NCBI RefSeq assembly: GCF_000007145.1
Contig: NC_003902.1
Coordinates: 3,266,497-3,298,496, forward strand
DNA length: 32,000 bases
Direction: 5' to 3'
Origin: Xanthomonas campestris pv. campestris str. ATCC 33913
GTDB taxonomy: Bacteria; Pseudomonadota; Gammaproteobacteria; Xanthomonadales; Xanthomonadaceae
This document shows positions 29,511 through 32,000 of the stretch, piece by piece. The position numbers and the translations under genes are program-made. The notes beneath the pieces were generated by a model, which saw nothing but the letters and a program-made list of their open reading frames with translations, searched no databases and was not told the DNA's origin. Numbering within the stretch: position 1 is the first letter of the stretch; the number at the start of each line of letters is the position of its first letter.

Positions 29511-30673
29511 GACCGATCCGCGTCCTTGCTGGCGTCGATGATCACGCTGCGCTCGGGCCCGGATTGCAACACGATGCCGGCACGCTCGCCGGCATACAGA
29601 TCGCTTTGGGTGTAGCGCTCATGCGCATAGCGCAACAGCACGTTGGCCACCGCCGCCACCGGCAGCGCCAGCAGCATGCCGAGGAAGCCGAACAGCTGGC
29701 CGCCGGCCATCACCGCAAAGATCACCGCCACCGGGTGCAGGCCGATCTTGTCGCCGACAATGCGCGGGGTCAGCACGTAACTTTCCAGCAACTGGCCGAC
29801 GGTGAACACCACGCCCACGCCGATCAGCAATTTCAGGTCGAACCCCTGCGCTTGCACGATCGCTGCCAGCAACGCGAGCACGATGCCGGTGGTGGCGCCC
29901 AGGTACGGAATGAAGCTGATGAAGCCGGCGATGATGCCGATCAGCAAGCCCAAGTTGAGCCCGATGATGGACAGGCCGGTGGCATAGATGGCGCCCAGCG
30001 CCAGCATCACCAGGAACTGGCCGCGAATGAAACCGCCCAGCACGTCGTTGGACTCCAGCGCGAGCCGGCTCACGGTGCCGATGTAGGCACGCGGAATCAC
30101 CGCCGCCACGCGCTCCACCATGCGGTCCCAGTCGCGCAGGAAATAGAACGCCAGGATGGGCAACAAGGCCAGGTTGATCACCCAGGTGACCATTGCAAAG
30201 CCCGAGCGTGAGACATAGCCGAAGAAGGTCTTGGCAACGCCGCCCGCCTGCTCCCAGTGGCTGCGGATCCACTCGATCAGGCGTTCCGGGTCCAGCCAGC
30301 CCATCAACTCCACGCCGGTGCGGCGCTGCAGCCAGGGAATGGCGGTGCCGATCGCCCAGTCGCGCATCTGCGGCAGCGCATCGATCAGGGTCATGATCTG
30401 GCGCTCCATCATCGGCACCAGGATCATCAGCGCCAGCACCACCAGCAGCACCATGAGAATGAAGACCAGGGTGACCGCCATGTTGCGCGAGCGCCCGGCA
30501 CGTTCGATGCGGTCTACCAGCGGGTCGCCCAGCCAGGCCAGCAGCAGCGCCAGCACGAACGGGGTGAGGATCGGCGACAGCAGCGATACCACCCACAGCA
30601 CGCCGACGATCACCGCCGCCCATTTGAGGCGGCGCAGGAACTGGGCGATTTCCGCCTCGGGGGTCAGGATCAT
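29507..30673 (-). CDS. AI-2E family transporter (PerM/YhhT-like permease)
   Basis: The 388-aa ORF is polytopic and hydrophobic with a typical AI-2E layout. Its stop overlaps the hda start as GTGA. Its ATG overlaps the stop of the upstream DUF2066 gene as ATGA. Confidence 0.85.
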   Translation of the reverse strand: MILTPEAEIAQFLRRLKWAAVIVGVLWVVSLLSPILTPFVLALLLAWLGDPLVDRIERAGRSRNMAVTLVFILMVLLVVLALMILVPMMERQIMTLIDALPQMRDWAIGTAIPWLQRRTGVELMGWLDPERLIEWIRSHWEQAGGVAKTFFGYVSRSGFAMVTWVINLALLPILAFYFLRDWDRMVERVAAVIPRAYIGTVSRLALESNDVLGGFIRGQFLVMLALGAIYATGLSIIGLNLGLLIGIIAGFISFIPYLGATTGIVLALLAAIVQAQGFDLKLLIGVGVVFTVGQLLESYVLTPRIVGDKIGLHPVAVIFAVMAGGQLFGFLGMLLALPVAAVANVLLRYAHERYTQSDLYAGERAGIVLQSGPERSVIIDASKDADRS

Positions 30674-31770
30674 TTGAGGCGGTACTCGGCGTGCTCGTTT
30701 TCGAGAATGATGGGGCCTTCGGTCGGCACGGAAACCGAGATCAGCGGGCTGTTGTCGCCGAGCATACGGTTGAGCCCGGAAATGCCCGTGAGCAGTTCCA
30801 GGTCTAGCTCCATGCGATCGCCATTTGCGCTCACCGGGCGGATGCTACGCACCACCGACACGCCCTGCAGCGCGGCGGAAACGCGCAGATAGTCGTCGGC
30901 GCTGCTGATGCCGGTGATCACCACGCGGTAGACCCCGGGCACGCCCGAGTCCACCCGCTTGGCGTAGCGCTTGACCAATGCATCGGCGGCGCCGTCGGCA
31001 CCGGCGGCCATCGCGCGGCGGGCATCGCCGTCGCTGCTGGTCCAGCTGGAGAGCACGTTGCCGTTGTCCACGAACACCCAATCGGCGGTCCAGCCGCTAT
31101 CGGTGCGGTAGAGCTTGCCGATCAATTGCATCGGCGGGCTGTACTTGGCCGACGCGCGCGCAACGGCGGCGGTGTCCTTGCGCCAGATGGCGCCAGCCAG
31201 GGCCTGTTCGGCGGCCGCGCCACCGGGCAGACCGAGCCGGTAACCGCGCTCGATCGCACGGTCGAGCACGCTGCGCGCGGCGTTGGCCTGCGCCACGCCG
31301 ACCATGCGCGGGCCGCTGCCGTCGTCGATGGCCAGCCACAGCACGGGTTTCGGGCGCGGCTGCGGCCACACCGGCAGGCCCAGCGCGGCAATCAGGCCGT
31401 CGACGTCGGATTGCCGGAAACGCGCCACCAGCACGGTGCGGAAAGTCGGTGCGCCACTGCGCGAGGTGCCCTGATCCTGGCGGTAGTCGTAGTGATCGAC
31501 GTAGTTGGGCGCATTGCGCAGCGCCTGCGGCACGCCGGGGCGGCTCATGACACTGCGGTCGCCGGACACCTTGCCCAGCACCGCCCCCAGAGCACGCGCC
31601 AACGCGCCGGGGCGATCGGACTCGCTCTGGCTGTTGACCGGCACTTCGGCATCGTAGGCGCCCTGCGCCTTGGCGACGTCGCCTTCGGTGCGCAGATCGG
31701 CCTGGGCGTAGGCCGGCAACACGGGCATGGCGACCACGAGGGCGAGAAAGAAAGCGAGACTGCGGCGCAT
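30670..31770 (-). CDS. DUF2066 periplasmic protein
   Basis: I trimmed the track ORF to the ATG at 31770, which gives the signal peptide MRRSLAFFLALVVAMPVLPAYA. YDAEVPVNSQSE and YVDHYDYRQ are DUF2066-like as I recall the family. ATG 31782 is an alternative start. Confidence 0.75.
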   Translation of the reverse strand: MRRSLAFFLALVVAMPVLPAYAQADLRTEGDVAKAQGAYDAEVPVNSQSESDRPGALARALGAVLGKVSGDRSVMSRPGVPQALRNAPNYVDHYDYRQDQGTSRSGAPTFRTVLVARFRQSDVDGLIAALGLPVWPQPRPKPVLWLAIDDGSGPRMVGVAQANAARSVLDRAIERGYRLGLPGGAAAEQALAGAIWRKDTAAVARASAKYSPPMQLIGKLYRTDSGWTADWVFVDNGNVLSSWTSSDGDARRAMAAGADGAADALVKRYAKRVDSGVPGVYRVVITGISSADDYLRVSAALQGVSVVRSIRPVSANGDRMELDLELLTGISGLNRMLGDNSPLISVSVPTEGPIILENEHAEYRLK

Positions 31771-31878
31771 CGACGGTTCCATGACGTAAGCGTATCCGGG
31801 TGAATTGTTGCCCGAATGGGACGCTAGCGCCAACGTGGCTGTTAAAATCGCCGCCTTTACCGCCGAGCCACCCCACCC

Positions 31879-32000
31879 GTGACCAGCCCAACGCCTTCCA
31901 ATCCCTCGCCCATGACCTACCGTGACGCGGGCGTCGACATCGATGCCGGCAATGCGTTGGTCGAACGCATCAAACCCCTGGTCAAGCGCAGCTTTCGACC
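31879..32000 (+). CDS. purM: Phosphoribosylformylglycinamidine cyclo-ligase PurM, N-terminal fragment running off the window end
   Basis: This gene is not in the ORF track because there is no stop codon in the window. My translation reads (V)[58 protein letters not shown] is the canonical PurM N-terminus. The start is either GTG 31879 or ATG 31912. Confidence 0.88.
   Translation, partial: MTSPTPSNPSPMTYRDAGVDIDAGNALVERIKPLVKRSFR

Overview
The window looks like high-GC (roughly two-thirds G+C by eye) gamma-proteobacterial chromosome. Gene content and order resemble Xanthomonas or its relatives, but that placement is an inference and no search was run. I support about 36 protein-coding genes. 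I found no rRNA, tRNA, CRISPR array, transposase or integrase.

Layout, left to right:
- pilT on the minus strand, running off the window start and absent from the ORF track. It is divergent from yggS-proC.
- An HU-family gene with a histone-H1-like Lys/Ala/Pro tail.
- A run of envelope and unknown-function genes: M23 peptidase, DUF3861, a lipoprotein and DUF1439.
- A DJ-1/PfpI gene and a eukaryote-like SET-domain methyltransferase.
- A suf Fe-S assembly operon: Rrf2 regulator, then sufB, sufC, sufD and sufS. It has a structured REP-like palindrome between sufB and sufC. After sufS comes a 14-copy heptanucleotide array, then a coupled GNAT and Rieske gene pair.
- A roughly 9 kb iron cluster at 14.3-23.3 kb, described below.
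- hutD, a ComEA-like gene, an M20 peptidase and a GlsB/YeaQ membrane protein.
- amgK-murU, for peptidoglycan recycling.
- A coupled DUF2066 / AI-2E transporter / hda operon, divergent from purM. purM runs off the window end and is also absent from the ORF track.

The most interesting candidate system is the iron cluster. Its genes are a Fiu/PiuA-type TonB receptor, PiuC, a Sel1 protein, a PepSY_TM protein, DUF2271, DUF4198, ApbE and a membrane-anchored diflavin reductase. Together they read as a complete route carrying electrons from NADPH to the periplasm through flavin and haem.

Many of the long ORFs in the supplied track are antisense or out-of-frame shadows typical of high-GC DNA, and I rejected them.
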